Source: an uncultured Gammaproteobacteria bacterium
GTDB taxonomy: Bacteria > Patescibacteriota > Patescibacteriia > SG8-24
Length of the DNA: 64,000 nucleotides
Reading direction: 5' to 3'
NCBI GenBank assembly: GCA_964491475.1
Contig: CAZBFO010000001.1
Span: 327,538-391,537, forward strand
Below the pieces are notes generated by a model. That model did not search any database and had not been told where the DNA came from. It saw only the letters and a program-made list of their open reading frames with translations. The position numbers and the translations under genes were made by a program. This document shows positions 1-9,259 of the stretch, piece by piece (position 1 is the stretch's first letter; the number at the start of each line of letters is the position of its first letter).

Positions 1-263
1 CGCACCACCGGTTCGTCCTGCGACAGCGTCGCTGACGACCAGACCCGGTCGGTGTCGACCGTGTCGTTGGCTGCCGCTGGTTGCGGCAGGCAGGGCAGGT
101 TCCGCAGCAGCGCCTCGAGGATGCGATCCTTCCTGGCCCGATGGGCAATGGAGGTATCGGCGCTGGCGTAGGCGACGAGAGTGCGGAGAGCCGGATGAAA
201 GGCGACCATGCCCGCGATGAACAGCGCGGACGGCGAGATGAAAATGCGCGTGTCGTGGGGCAT
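1..263 (-). CDS. hypothetical protein, partial (runs off the window start); MPHDTRIFISPSALFIAGMVAF...
   Basis: Open frame read manually from ATG at 263; AAAAGGAGG SD; promoter at 296-324. Confidence 0.65.
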   Translation of the reverse strand, partial: MPHDTRIFISPSALFIAGMVAFHPALRTLVAYASADTSIAHRARKDRILEALLRNLPCLPQPAAANDTVDTDRVWSSATLSQDEPVV

Positions 264-295
264 CACCCCTCCTTTTGTCCGGTGAGGGACCGATG

Positions 296-324
296 AAGCT
301 ACCACGAAAATCCGCTTTTGTCAA
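296..324 (-). promoter_or_regulatory. sigma70-type promoter TTGACA-17-TAGCTT with extended -10 TG
   Basis: Reverse complement reads ttgacaaaagcggattttcgtggtagctt. Confidence 0.65.
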
Positions 325-329
325 CGGTG

Positions 330-806
330 TCAGTCTCGCACCGGCTCGATTTCCGCCGCGCAGAAAGCGCAGCGCGTGGCGGCCTTCTTGATGACCGACA
401 GGCACTTTGGGCAATCGCGGGAATCCGCCGGCGGAGGAAGCGGCTTTTCCTTGAGACGGGCCATCACGCGGACCAGGATGAACACCACGAGGGCGGTCAG
501 GACGAAGTCCAAAACGATGCTCACGAACTGGCCGAAGTTCAGGGTGATGGCGCCGGCGGCCTTGGCGGCTTCGAGCGTGTCGAAACGCCCGCCGGAGAGG
601 GTCACGAAAAGGTTGGCGAAATTGACTTTGCCGAGCAGCAGCGAGATCGGCGGGGTGAGCAGATCGGTCACCAGAGAGGTGACCACGCGGCCGAAAGCGG
701 CACCGATGATGACGCCGACCGCCAAGTCGACGGCATTGCCCTTTACCGCGAAATTCTTGAAATCGTCGACGAATTTGGAGCCGGCCTTCAGGTCGATGGG
801 AGGCAT
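330..806 (-). CDS. mscL: large-conductance mechanosensitive channel with C-terminal zinc ribbon
   Basis: FKNFAVKGNAVDLAVGVIIGAAF motif; C-terminal CPKC...CAFC. Confidence 0.95.
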   Translation of the reverse strand: MPPIDLKAGSKFVDDFKNFAVKGNAVDLAVGVIIGAAFGRVVTSLVTDLLTPPISLLLGKVNFANLFVTLSGGRFDTLEAAKAAGAITLNFGQFVSIVLDFVLTALVVFILVRVMARLKEKPLPPPADSRDCPKCLSVIKKAATRCAFCAAEIEPVRD

Positions 807-871
807 AATCCGAGAGAGTGAGTGATGGCGAAATCCTAACGAAAACGGCCGTTTTTGTCACCCGGCCACCG

Positions 872-900
872 TTGACAAAAGGCCCTTTTTGTGCTATATT
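872..900 (+). promoter_or_regulatory. sigma70-type promoter TTGACA-17-TATATT
   Basis: ttgacaaaaggccctttttgtgctatatt. Confidence 0.75.
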
Positions 901-967
901 TTACGGTCATTGGCTGCCACTTTTGCCCATGATAAATGACCGATAACGCTCATTGGGAGGTTCAAAA

Positions 968-1315
968 ATGAGAATGTTCATGCTGATAGGGGTCCGCGAT
1001 TCCTTTGATGACAAAGGCAAGGCCACGAAGGAAGCGCAGCACATCTGCTCTGTGTCAGGCAACAGCGTCGGCGACGCGGCCAGCAGGCTGCGCGGCGCGA
1101 GCTACTCCGGAGTGCTCCGGCACGTGTCCATCTCGAAAATCGTCGGCAGCTGCGCGTCCAACTACGCCATCTTCCGACCGGGGCGGGACACCAGCACCGT
1201 CGTCGAGGCGGCCATCGCCCGGCTCGACGGCAACGTCGAGCAGGGAATCGCCTTCGGCGACTACCTCAACCGTTACACCGACTGGGTGCTGGTCGAGGTG
1301 GCCTCGGTAACCTGA
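968..1315 (+). CDS. hypothetical protein (orphan)
   Basis: GGGAGG SD before ATG at 968; own promoter and terminator. Confidence 0.7.
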   Translation: MRMFMLIGVRDSFDDKGKATKEAQHICSVSGNSVGDAASRLRGASYSGVLRHVSISKIVGSCASNYAIFRPGRDTSTVVEAAIARLDGNVEQGIAFGDYLNRYTDWVLVEVASVT

Positions 1316-1334
1316 AACGTCATCGCTTCTTCTT

Positions 1335-1370
1335 GCGGCGCGCCCTTCCCTGGCGCGCCGCTTCTTTTTT
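1335..1370 (+). terminator. intrinsic terminator
   Basis: gcggcgcgcc-cttccct-ggcgcgccgc followed by a T-run. Confidence 0.75.
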
Positions 1371-1429
1371 ACGTTTACGCCGAGACGACCGCATGAAAAA
1401 ACCGACCAGCCACAGGTCGGTTTTGAGCG

Positions 1430-1693
1430 TCACCGCCTTTTGTTGGGAGGCTTGAGTCGGCGTTCCGGACAGCGCTGCGCGTAGCTTACCAAGTCCGACG
1501 CCTTCAGGGCCGCAAGCACTTCTTTGGCTTTGGCCGGTTCCGCATAAACCACGTACATGCGTTCCAGCTTCGGTTCTTCGTCGCCGGGAAACGTCTGGGC
1601 GTACTTCTGGACGCCAGGTATCGCCGTAACGAAATCCTAGAACGCTTTTTTGTCCGCATTCTTCCTTCTGCTGACCACTATCTGCGTCGCCAT
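1430..1693 (-). pseudogene. 88-codon gene with in-frame TAG at codon 19; resembles a stand-alone subtilase propeptide / I9-like domain
   Basis: MATQIVVSRRKNADKKAF*DFVTAIPGVQKYAQTFPGDEEPKLERMYVVYAEPAKAKEVLAALKASDLVSYAQRCPERRLKPPNKRR*; purine-rich SD; terminator at 1396-1424. Confidence 0.6.
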
Positions 1694-1748
1694 TGTCTCT
1701 TCTTTCCGTAGTGGGTTTTCGTCCTGACACTTCGTTCGCGCCGGCTTC

Positions 1749-2264
1749 TCATGAAAGCAGCCGCAACCGTCGCAGCAGCATCTCGCGCTTCGCCGCTCGC
1801 GTGGTCGAAAGCGCGGTCGCGCCGTCGCGCGGCTGCACCCAGCGCGCCGCGGCTAGCTCGACCGGGTCGAGGCGCAGCGCTTCCGGTTGCAAGCAAGTCA
1901 GCGCGAAGAAGAAGTAGCGCTTGCCGACCGAGAAGCCGCGCATATTGGCGCGGCCGGATTCGGCAGCGAGGTCTTCCTCGCCCAAGTAGGCGTCAATCGC
2001 GAACGACTGCGGTCCGAGCAGCAACTCCTCGTGCAGCTCGCGGGCCAGCGCCACGGTCACCGACTCCCCTCCCTCGATGCCGCCCTGCGGGCAGCCCCAG
2101 TCGTCGGGATCCTTGGCCGACTGCACCAGTAGCACGGCACCGTCCGCGTCGCGCAGCATCAATGCCGCGGCCACGGGACGATACTCCTTATACGCGTGGG
2201 CGTCGTGCACGCGCCGGTTGATCCGATCGATGACTTCCAGCGTCAGCTGTTCTCTTTGCGACAT
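1749..2264 (-). CDS. NUDIX hydrolase (RppH-like)
   Basis: WGCPQGGIEGGESVTVALARELHEEL Nudix box; AAGGAG SD before ATG at 2264. Confidence 0.85.
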   Translation of the reverse strand: MSQREQLTLEVIDRINRRVHDAHAYKEYRPVAAALMLRDADGAVLLVQSAKDPDDWGCPQGGIEGGESVTVALARELHEELLLGPQSFAIDAYLGEEDLAAESGRANMRGFSVGKRYFFFALTCLQPEALRLDPVELAAARWVQPRDGATALSTTRAAKREMLLRRLRLLS

Positions 2265-2363
2265 CTCCAAGCTCCTTGGCAAAGGACGTCTGCAGCATAG
2301 AGGCGGCGGCAGTTTATCGCAAGCCCAAAAGAAAAACCCTCTCCGATCGGAGAGGGCACGCGG

Positions 2364-3533
2364 CTACGCCGCCCTTTGCGCCGTTTTTCGCCTGCGCGGC
2401 TTGGCGCTGTCTTCCACTTGCTGGATGAACTTCCGGCAGATGCTGCGGTAATGCTGCTTTTTCTGCCGCTCGGAATCGAGACGGTACAGGTACTCGCGCC
2501 GGGCCTTGAGGTCGCCCGGCACTTCGCGAACCACCGCTTGGATTTGCGCGATCATGTCGCGTGCCCTGCCGACGATCTCTTCGGGAAGGGTCCGGATCAT
2601 CTTCTCGGCGTTGTGGGCCATCAGGCGCTTCATCAGGTAGCCGTAGGTGAGCTTGGCGGCGACCATCAGCCCGATGTAGGTCTCGAACTTGTACTTCACG
2701 CGCACGCCGTTGGCGAAGCGCGCCACGAGGCCTTCGCGACCGCGAACGGTGGTATCGCGTACCAGCGCCTTGAGGTCGTCGAGCGACGTGCCTTCCCAGC
2801 GCTCGGCGACCGGCAAACTAAGAGCCGCACCGAGATCGAGCAGCTCCGGCCAAGTAAAATCCTTGTGCGTGCCGTTGCGGTACGCGCCGATCAGGGTGAA
2901 CCCTTCTCTGCCGCCGTAGTCGAGATGCACCCGCGTCCGCGGATGGATGATCTCGACGAGCATGGTCACGCCCTCGGGGAACCTGCCGAGCCAGGACTGC
3001 TTTTCGACGATCCGCTGAAGCATCTCGTTGCCGAGCATGGCCGAAGGGCCGTCGAAGGTGACGCGCGTGGCCAAGTGCAGCTCGCCGCGACAGGTGAAGA
3101 CGATTCCCAGATGGCCGTCGTGCTTTTCGGTGGCGACGAACGGTCCTGGCGGTGCCAGCGTCTCCGGATGTTCCCCGTGGTTGAAGAACTTGGGGAACGG
3201 GAAGGCCATCAGGTGGCCGCGGCGGTCGAAGATGATGCCGCGGCAATGCCGGATGGCCGGCGTCCAACCGTCGGGGAAGGCGTGGAGCGTATTATGCGCC
3301 ACGTTGGTGTAGTTGAGCCCGATAAGCGGCAGCTCCTTGTGGAAGTGCGGCTCGACCAACGCCGTCACCGCAGGCATCCCCTTCTTGCGGCGATACCCCA
3401 AGCACTTGGCCATGAACTTCTCGTTGGCCGGCTTCTTCTTCCAGTTGCGGAACTGCTTCTTGCTCTTGATGCGCGCCTTGACCAGCGCGCCGATGAAGGT
3501 ACGAAGGTTCTCTACGGCCTTTTTGGCATCCAA
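2364..3533 (-). CDS. T4 RNA ligase 1 (Rnl1/RnlA)-family RNA ligase
   Basis: CRGIIFD, PFPKFFN, EKHDG (KxDG adenylation motif), EGLV, VKYK; GAGGAGG SD with TTG start. Confidence 0.85.
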   Translation of the reverse strand: MDAKKAVENLRTFIGALVKARIKSKKQFRNWKKKPANEKFMAKCLGYRRKKGMPAVTALVEPHFHKELPLIGLNYTNVAHNTLHAFPDGWTPAIRHCRGIIFDRRGHLMAFPFPKFFNHGEHPETLAPPGPFVATEKHDGHLGIVFTCRGELHLATRVTFDGPSAMLGNEMLQRIVEKQSWLGRFPEGVTMLVEIIHPRTRVHLDYGGREGFTLIGAYRNGTHKDFTWPELLDLGAALSLPVAERWEGTSLDDLKALVRDTTVRGREGLVARFANGVRVKYKFETYIGLMVAAKLTYGYLMKRLMAHNAEKMIRTLPEEIVGRARDMIAQIQAVVREVPGDLKARREYLYRLDSERQKKQHYRSICRKFIQQVEDSAKPRRRKTAQRAA

Positions 3534-3655
3534 TGTTTTCCTCCTCTGTTTTTAACGTGCTTCCGTCTCGCGACGGACCGGACATCATGCCAGAACAACG
3601 GTCCGGCGTCAATCCGCAGATGCAAAAACGGCTTCTCGTGATGAGAAGCCGTTTT

Positions 3656-3733
3656 TGGTAGTCCCAAGGGGATTCGAACCCCTGTTTTCTCCGTGAGAGG
3701 GAGACGTCCTGGACCGGGCTAGACGATGGGACC
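3656..3733 (-). tRNA. tRNA-Glu (anticodon CTC)
   Basis: Cloverleaf GGTCCCA...TCTCC-CTCTCAC-GGAGA...GGTTCGAATCC...TGGGACTACCA. Confidence 0.95.
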
Positions 3734-3881
3734 GCGTGCGGTTTTTCGTGTTGGGGACTGTAGCAAAACGGTTCCGATTTGTCGAGAGCCTGGAGGCGGC
3801 GGACGTCGTCGCGGCGACGAAAAAGCGCCCGAATCGGACGCTATGGTCAGAAAAAGCCGCCCAGTTCGGGGCGGCTGTCGA

Positions 3882-5171
3882 TTAGGCCTTGTCGAGCCAG
3901 TCCTTGTCCTGGCGCACCAGCAGCTTGGGCGCGTCCAGCGGCTCGGCCATGATTTCCTTGACGACGCGCTCCATGCGCATGCCCTGCGAGCCCTTTACCA
4001 GGATCAAGTCGCCCATCTTCATGCGCTCCTGCACGAAGCGGCCGGCTTCGTCGGTGTTGCTGAAGTGAAAGACGTGATCTTCGTTGGCACCGGCGGCCTT
4101 GGCGGCGACGTCGGCGTCATGCATGCGCTCCCCCACCAGCACGATGAGATCGGCGCACTCGGCGGCCTTTTTGCCGACGGCGGCGTGGCCCTCTTCAGTG
4201 GCGGCGCCGAGCTCGAGCATGTCGCCCATGATGGCGATGCGCTTGGCGTTCTCGGGCACGGGCATGTCACGCAGCACTTCGAGCGCTGCGAGCGCGCTCT
4301 TTGGCGCGGCGTTGTAGGTGTCGTCGATGATGACGGTGTGCTTGATGCCGGGAATGTAGCGAAGACGGCCTGCCGGAGCCTTGTACAGGCTGATGGCGTC
4401 GCCGATTTCCACAAGATGCATGCCTTTGGCGATGCCCACGGCGGCCGCTGCCAGGACGGCGTAGATGCCGTGCTTGCCGAGGACGTTGGGAACGAACACG
4501 GGGACGGTGGCGCCGGCGGCAGACATCTTGAAGCGCATGCCGCACTCGTTGTCGATCGAGCACAGGTAGGCCAGCGACTCGGGCAAAGCGCGCACGGTGG
4601 CTTCCTCGTGGAAACCGTAAGACATCACCGTTGCCTTGGTCTTGCCGCGCATGGCCCAGACGCGTTCGTCGTCGCGGTTCAGCACGGCGAACCCTTCCTT
4701 TGGCAGGCGCTCGACGAGCACCCGTTTTTCCTTGGCGATCTCGTCGATCGAGCCCATGAACTCCATGTGGCTCTCCCCCACGGCGGTCTCCACGCCGATG
4801 GTCGGCGCGGCGATGTCGCAGAGGTAGGCGATGTCGCCGGGATGGGTCAGGCCGTACTCCAGAACGAGCAATTTAGGAAACTCGCCGCCACCGAACATTT
4901 TCTGCATCCAGGCTTTGCACAAAATGCCCAGCCAGGCGAAGGCCGACTTGCCGCCCGTGGGAAGATCAAGCACCGACAACGGCAGGCCGATTTCGGTGTT
5001 GAAGTTCTTGGGGCTGCTGCGGACGCGAAAACGCTTGCCCAAGACGGCGCCGATGGCCTCTTTGGCCGAGCTTTTGCCGACCGAGCCGGTTATGCCGATG
5101 ATTTCCGGCTTTTCTCTTGCGATTACCGCCTTGGCGGCATTGGCGAGCGAGGATTCAACGAATTTGCGCAT
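3882..5171 (-). CDS. murF: UDP-MurNAc-tripeptide--D-Ala-D-Ala ligase
   Basis: GITGSVGKSS P-loop, NFNTEIGLP, DDTYNAAP, GDMLELG, KGSQG. Confidence 0.92.
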   Translation of the reverse strand: MRKFVESSLANAAKAVIAREKPEIIGITGSVGKSSAKEAIGAVLGKRFRVRSSPKNFNTEIGLPLSVLDLPTGGKSAFAWLGILCKAWMQKMFGGGEFPKLLVLEYGLTHPGDIAYLCDIAAPTIGVETAVGESHMEFMGSIDEIAKEKRVLVERLPKEGFAVLNRDDERVWAMRGKTKATVMSYGFHEEATVRALPESLAYLCSIDNECGMRFKMSAAGATVPVFVPNVLGKHGIYAVLAAAAVGIAKGMHLVEIGDAISLYKAPAGRLRYIPGIKHTVIIDDTYNAAPKSALAALEVLRDMPVPENAKRIAIMGDMLELGAATEEGHAAVGKKAAECADLIVLVGERMHDADVAAKAAGANEDHVFHFSNTDEAGRFVQERMKMGDLILVKGSQGMRMERVVKEIMAEPLDAPKLLVRQDKDWLDKA

Positions 5172-5194
5172 AATCTGTAGTCCTTGCGGGTCAA

Positions 5195-6973
5195 TTAGGT
5201 CCGCTCTGGGGGAATCTGGAGGTATTGTAACAGGTATTTTGCGATGTCTCCAAAGAGAGGTCCGGCCGAGGATTCGGCCCATTGGACGTCCTTGGGGTTG
5301 TCCAGCTCGACCACGATGACGAAGGCGGGGTTATCCACAGGGGCAAAGCCTGCAAAGGAGCCGATGTTTACGCCTTTGAGGTAGCCATGACCGTCAGGGC
5401 TGGGCACTTGAGCCGTGCCGGTCTTGCCGGCCACGAAGTAGCCGGGAACGGCGGCCTTCTTGCCGTGGCCCTTCTCGACCACGCTTACCAGCATGCCGCT
5501 GACCAGCGCCGCCGCGCGCTTGGTGATGACCTGGCGGATGACTTCGGGTTCGACCGTTTCGGCGGTGCCGTCGGCATGAGCGATGCTGCCGACGACGTAC
5601 GGCTTCATCAGCTTGCCGCCGTTGGCGATTGCCGAGTAGGCCGAAGCCATCTGCAGCGGCGTCACCGTGATGCCCTGCCCAAACGAAGCCGTGGCGCTCC
5701 AGATGTCTCCCTTCTTGCGCAGCGACTCGATGTTGCCGCTCGACTCGGTGTCCAGGTCGATGCCCAGCGGGCTGCCGAATCCGAATGCCTCGACGTACTT
5801 GAGGAACTGCTGCGAGCCGACCAGTCGTGAGGCGTAGATGGTGCCGGTGTTGAGTGACTCGTCGAGCACCTGGGTCATGGTCTGCAGGCCGTGGGCCTTG
5901 TGGTCGGAATTCTGGATGGTGAACGGACCGATCTTGACGCTGCCCTCGTCGACGTAGGTGGAGTTGGGCGTGACCTTGCCGGCGTCGATGGCTGCGGCCA
6001 TGGTGACGGCCTTGAAGATGGAGCCCGGTTCGTAGGCGGAAAAGACGGCCCGGTCGTTGAAGGCGCCCACGTCGGTGACGGCCGAGAGGTCGTTGGGGTC
6101 GAAGTCGGGCACGTTGCAGATGGCCATGACGGCGCCGGTGTTCGGGTTCATCACGATGGCCGAGCCGGTGTCTGCCTGATGCCTGATGACCGCCTCGCGC
6201 AGCTTGGTGCAGGTGACGTACTGGATGTTGCGGTCCAACGTCAGCGTCAGGTCGTCGCCGTCCTTGGCGGCGATGAAGCGGTTGGCGCCGCCGATGAGGT
6301 TACCGAGCGAATCGTCGGCGGCGACCGCGGCGGAAGTACCCGACAGCTCTGACTGCCAATGCCCTTCCACGCCGTACCGGCCGACGCGATTGCCGGCATC
6401 GTCGGAGCCGTAAAAGCCGACCGCCTGGGAGAACGATGACTTCTCCGGATAGTAGCGGTATTTGGAAGGGTCGAAGCCGATGCCGGCGAGGTTCAGCGCC
6501 TTCACTTCGGCCATCAGGTCGTCATCGGCCTTGGGTTTGAGCGGGACGTAAGGGGCGTCCTTGCGCGACAGCTTTTCGAGCAGCACCGGCATGTCCATTT
6601 CGAGCACCGGGGCCAAAGCGTTGGCGGCCTCTGCCGGATTCTTGATAGCCCTGGTGTTGGCGTAGACGGTGTAGAGCGTCTTGTTCACGGCCACCGGAAA
6701 CTTGCCGTCGGGCGACTTGGGGTCAAGCGCGTAAATCGTGCCGCGGTCCGGGACGAAGTTGGAGTAACGGTCCCGTTGGCTCTCCGCCAAATCGGCATAA
6801 AACTGGCGTTGCAGCACCTGCAGCACGAACAGCCGCCAGCCGATGGCGGTCATCGCCAACGCCATGAATCCCTTGAGCACCATGAACCGACGCTCTTCCG
6901 AGGAAAAGCGCGGTGACTGACGCGCATGCGCTTGGGAAGGGCGCGGGCGGATGTACGGGATGCGGGGACTCAT
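5195..6973 (-). CDS. ftsI: class B penicillin-binding protein (FtsI/SpoVD-like)
   Basis: EPGSIFK (SxxK), SLN (SxN), KTGTAQ; N-terminal TM segment; ATGA overlap with upstream gene. Confidence 0.9.
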   Translation of the reverse strand: MSPRIPYIRPRPSQAHARQSPRFSSEERRFMVLKGFMALAMTAIGWRLFVLQVLQRQFYADLAESQRDRYSNFVPDRGTIYALDPKSPDGKFPVAVNKTLYTVYANTRAIKNPAEAANALAPVLEMDMPVLLEKLSRKDAPYVPLKPKADDDLMAEVKALNLAGIGFDPSKYRYYPEKSSFSQAVGFYGSDDAGNRVGRYGVEGHWQSELSGTSAAVAADDSLGNLIGGANRFIAAKDGDDLTLTLDRNIQYVTCTKLREAVIRHQADTGSAIVMNPNTGAVMAICNVPDFDPNDLSAVTDVGAFNDRAVFSAYEPGSIFKAVTMAAAIDAGKVTPNSTYVDEGSVKIGPFTIQNSDHKAHGLQTMTQVLDESLNTGTIYASRLVGSQQFLKYVEAFGFGSPLGIDLDTESSGNIESLRKKGDIWSATASFGQGITVTPLQMASAYSAIANGGKLMKPYVVGSIAHADGTAETVEPEVIRQVITKRAAALVSGMLVSVVEKGHGKKAAVPGYFVAGKTGTAQVPSPDGHGYLKGVNIGSFAGFAPVDNPAFVIVVELDNPKDVQWAESSAGPLFGDIAKYLLQYLQIPPERT

Positions 6974-8256
6974 TTGCATGCCCCCTTCTCGTTGGTGATG
7001 CCGAAGTCGAACAGCTTGCCCGGACCGTTGGGATTGCAACCCACTTCGACTTCGTCGCCGTCAGAGACGCCGTCGCCGTCGGAATCCCGGTTGTTGGGAT
7101 CAGTCCCGTAGAAGGCCTCGAGCGAATCAGACAGGCCGTCATGGTCGGTGTCGGACTGGGTGAGGACGGCACCGCCTCCGGAACCGCCCAAGCCGTTGCC
7201 GCCGCCGGTCTCATCGGTACCGTGCTGCACTTCGCCGATCTTGGCCATCGGCAAATGCTGCTGCAAGCCCGAGAGCAGCGACAGCACGAAGGAGGTCACG
7301 TCGGTGAAGTCGCCGGGCGCGTCGGTGCTGCCGATGCGGTTGAAGTTGGAGAAGCGGATATCTGCCGTGAGGTCGCCGCGCCGCGTGCCGGTGTCGATGC
7401 GGACTGCGCACTTGGCGCGATACAGGTAGTAATCGCGGCTGCCGATCCAGAATTCGCATTCCTTGAACGTCAGGCCCGCAAAAAGCGTCTTGGCGGCGGT
7501 CCTTTCGGCGTCGGTGATCGGCCGCTTGAGACGCGCCGCCTCGACCTTCTCGTAAAAGTCCTCCATCAGGACGTTGCCCTCGTCGGTGCGCACCTTGTAG
7601 TGGAAATTCTTGACGCCATCGACGGTTTCGTCCTCAAGCCGCTCGGCGACCGTGAAGAACAGGGTCTTCTTGAACAGCTTGACCAGCGACTTGGCGTCGT
7701 CGTCTGACATGGGCGAAAAGCCCGTGCCGACCATGGGAACGGTCAGCATCTCGAGCATTTTCTGCCGCGCGAGCCGTAACCACTTTCCCTTGAATTTTCC
7801 GAATTGGAGCACGCCCACCTTTTCGGGAATCGCGGTCAGGCGCAGGTAATCGATATCGCCGTCGCGGACGTAATCGCCGGCGAAGTCGTACGGATGGGCG
7901 CTGCCGATCTTCATCTGGAACTGATGGCGCGCCTTGAGCGCTTCGGGATCGCTCATGTTGAACGTGCCTCCCGAATGCCAAGTCAGCGCCTCGGGAGACG
8001 ACTGGTAGGAGCCGTCGGCGCCCTTCTGCGCGGACGATCCGGAGTACGAGATGTCCGCAACCACGTCGACTGCCTTGAGCGAGACCATTTTTGCCTGCAT
8101 GAAACGCAGGATCTCGGATGAGTACGGAAGCGCGAAAAGCAGCAGCAACAGCGCCGCGGCAAAGCCGGCCGCGACGACGGATATGAAAACGGTCAGCAGG
8201 ACGTAAGGCTGCGCGTACCAGCGCGGACCGACATCTTGTCCTTCGAAAGGCTCCAT
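6970..8256 (-). CDS. membrane-anchored protein with C-terminal thrombospondin type-3-like Ca-binding repeats
   Basis: N-terminal TM segment; DTDHDGLSD...GTDPNNRDSDGDGVSDGDEV. Confidence 0.8.
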   Translation of the reverse strand: MEPFEGQDVGPRWYAQPYVLLTVFISVVAAGFAAALLLLLFALPYSSEILRFMQAKMVSLKAVDVVADISYSGSSAQKGADGSYQSSPEALTWHSGGTFNMSDPEALKARHQFQMKIGSAHPYDFAGDYVRDGDIDYLRLTAIPEKVGVLQFGKFKGKWLRLARQKMLEMLTVPMVGTGFSPMSDDDAKSLVKLFKKTLFFTVAERLEDETVDGVKNFHYKVRTDEGNVLMEDFYEKVEAARLKRPITDAERTAAKTLFAGLTFKECEFWIGSRDYYLYRAKCAVRIDTGTRRGDLTADIRFSNFNRIGSTDAPGDFTDVTSFVLSLLSGLQQHLPMAKIGEVQHGTDETGGGNGLGGSGGGAVLTQSDTDHDGLSDSLEAFYGTDPNNRDSDGDGVSDGDEVEVGCNPNGPGKLFDFGITNEKGACK

Positions 8257-8259
8257 AGG

Positions 8260-9249
8260 TCAGTTCGTCGGTTTCTTGAATGCGGCCATGAGATCGCTGT
8301 ACGGGGTGATGTCATCGGGCGGCTTCACCTCGACGGGCTCGTTCCAGGAAGTGAACTTGAGCACCATGCTGAAATGATTGGCGTCGGAACCGGCGTCGGA
8401 ACCGCCGGCGTCGCGGGAGGAAACGGTCAGCTGCAATTGCGCCAGCTCCTCCTGCCGCGTGTTGACCCAGACTTCCAGGGACACATCGCGTTTCGCCAAC
8501 TCGTCGGCCACCTGCTGCATCTCTTCGGCCGAGAGCGAACGGCCGAGCACCAGGCTCTTGAGGTCCTGGGAAAAGGTCACCAACCGGTCGGGATGCATCG
8601 GCAGGATGAACCGCTTGATCGGCTGCGTGGTCATTTCGGTCAGCGCAAGAGGCACCGGCGTGCCGAAGAAACCGGGCTTGACCAATTCCTGGCGGAGCGA
8701 TTGCCAGCTGGCTGCCGGACGCGAGCCGGTGGAGGCGGCGCCTTCCGCTGCGGCGGTCTGGGGAGAGCGGACGATCAGCGAAGCCAGCGTGCGCGCATCC
8801 ATCGAGAACCATTTGCCATTCACCCGTTTCACCAAGGCGGCATCCTTGGCGGTTAGCGGAAGGTTGGAGAGCCTGGCATAAGCCGTACCGTCCTGTCCGG
8901 CGCTGACGTCCAGCGTCAGGTCCTTGCCGCCGTCACCCTGCCCGATCAAATCGAAGGTGGCCTTGCCGCTTGGCGGCCGGTCCTTCGGCATGTTCATGCC
9001 CCCTTCGCCAACGAAGACGATCGGCACCGGAGCACCTTTCGGATCTCCGCCCGCTGCGGCAATCGTCGACTCTGGAGCGAACGTCCCGATGGTGGCGGCT
9101 GCCATGAACGAAACGTCCCCGTCGAGCTTGTGCAGCGCCGTCAGCACGACTTTCTCCGGTCGCGTGGCGAAGAACACCGTCGGCACGAGCGCACCGGCAG
9201 CCATGAGCGCGAAGACGGCGACGATGACGGCTTGGCGTGACTTTTCCAT
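8260..9249 (-). CDS. membrane-anchored hypothetical protein (LppX/LprAFG-like beta fold suspected)
   Basis: N-terminal TM segment; GKW motif; C-terminal FTSWNEPVEVKPP. Confidence 0.75.
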   Translation of the reverse strand: MEKSRQAVIVAVFALMAAGALVPTVFFATRPEKVVLTALHKLDGDVSFMAAATIGTFAPESTIAAAGGDPKGAPVPIVFVGEGGMNMPKDRPPSGKATFDLIGQGDGGKDLTLDVSAGQDGTAYARLSNLPLTAKDAALVKRVNGKWFSMDARTLASLIVRSPQTAAAEGAASTGSRPAASWQSLRQELVKPGFFGTPVPLALTEMTTQPIKRFILPMHPDRLVTFSQDLKSLVLGRSLSAEEMQQVADELAKRDVSLEVWVNTRQEELAQLQLTVSSRDAGGSDAGSDANHFSMVLKFTSWNEPVEVKPPDDITPYSDLMAAFKKPTN

Positions 9250-9259
9250 AGCGATGGGA

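Noticed and set aside
1320-1730. 136-aa minus-strand ORF from the track
   Set aside because: It runs through two terminators and has no SD; the interrupted frame at 1430-1693 fits better.
5331-5339. TTATCCACA DnaA box
   Set aside because: It lies inside ftsI coding sequence (Val-Asp-Asn codons) with no cluster, so there is no oriC evidence.
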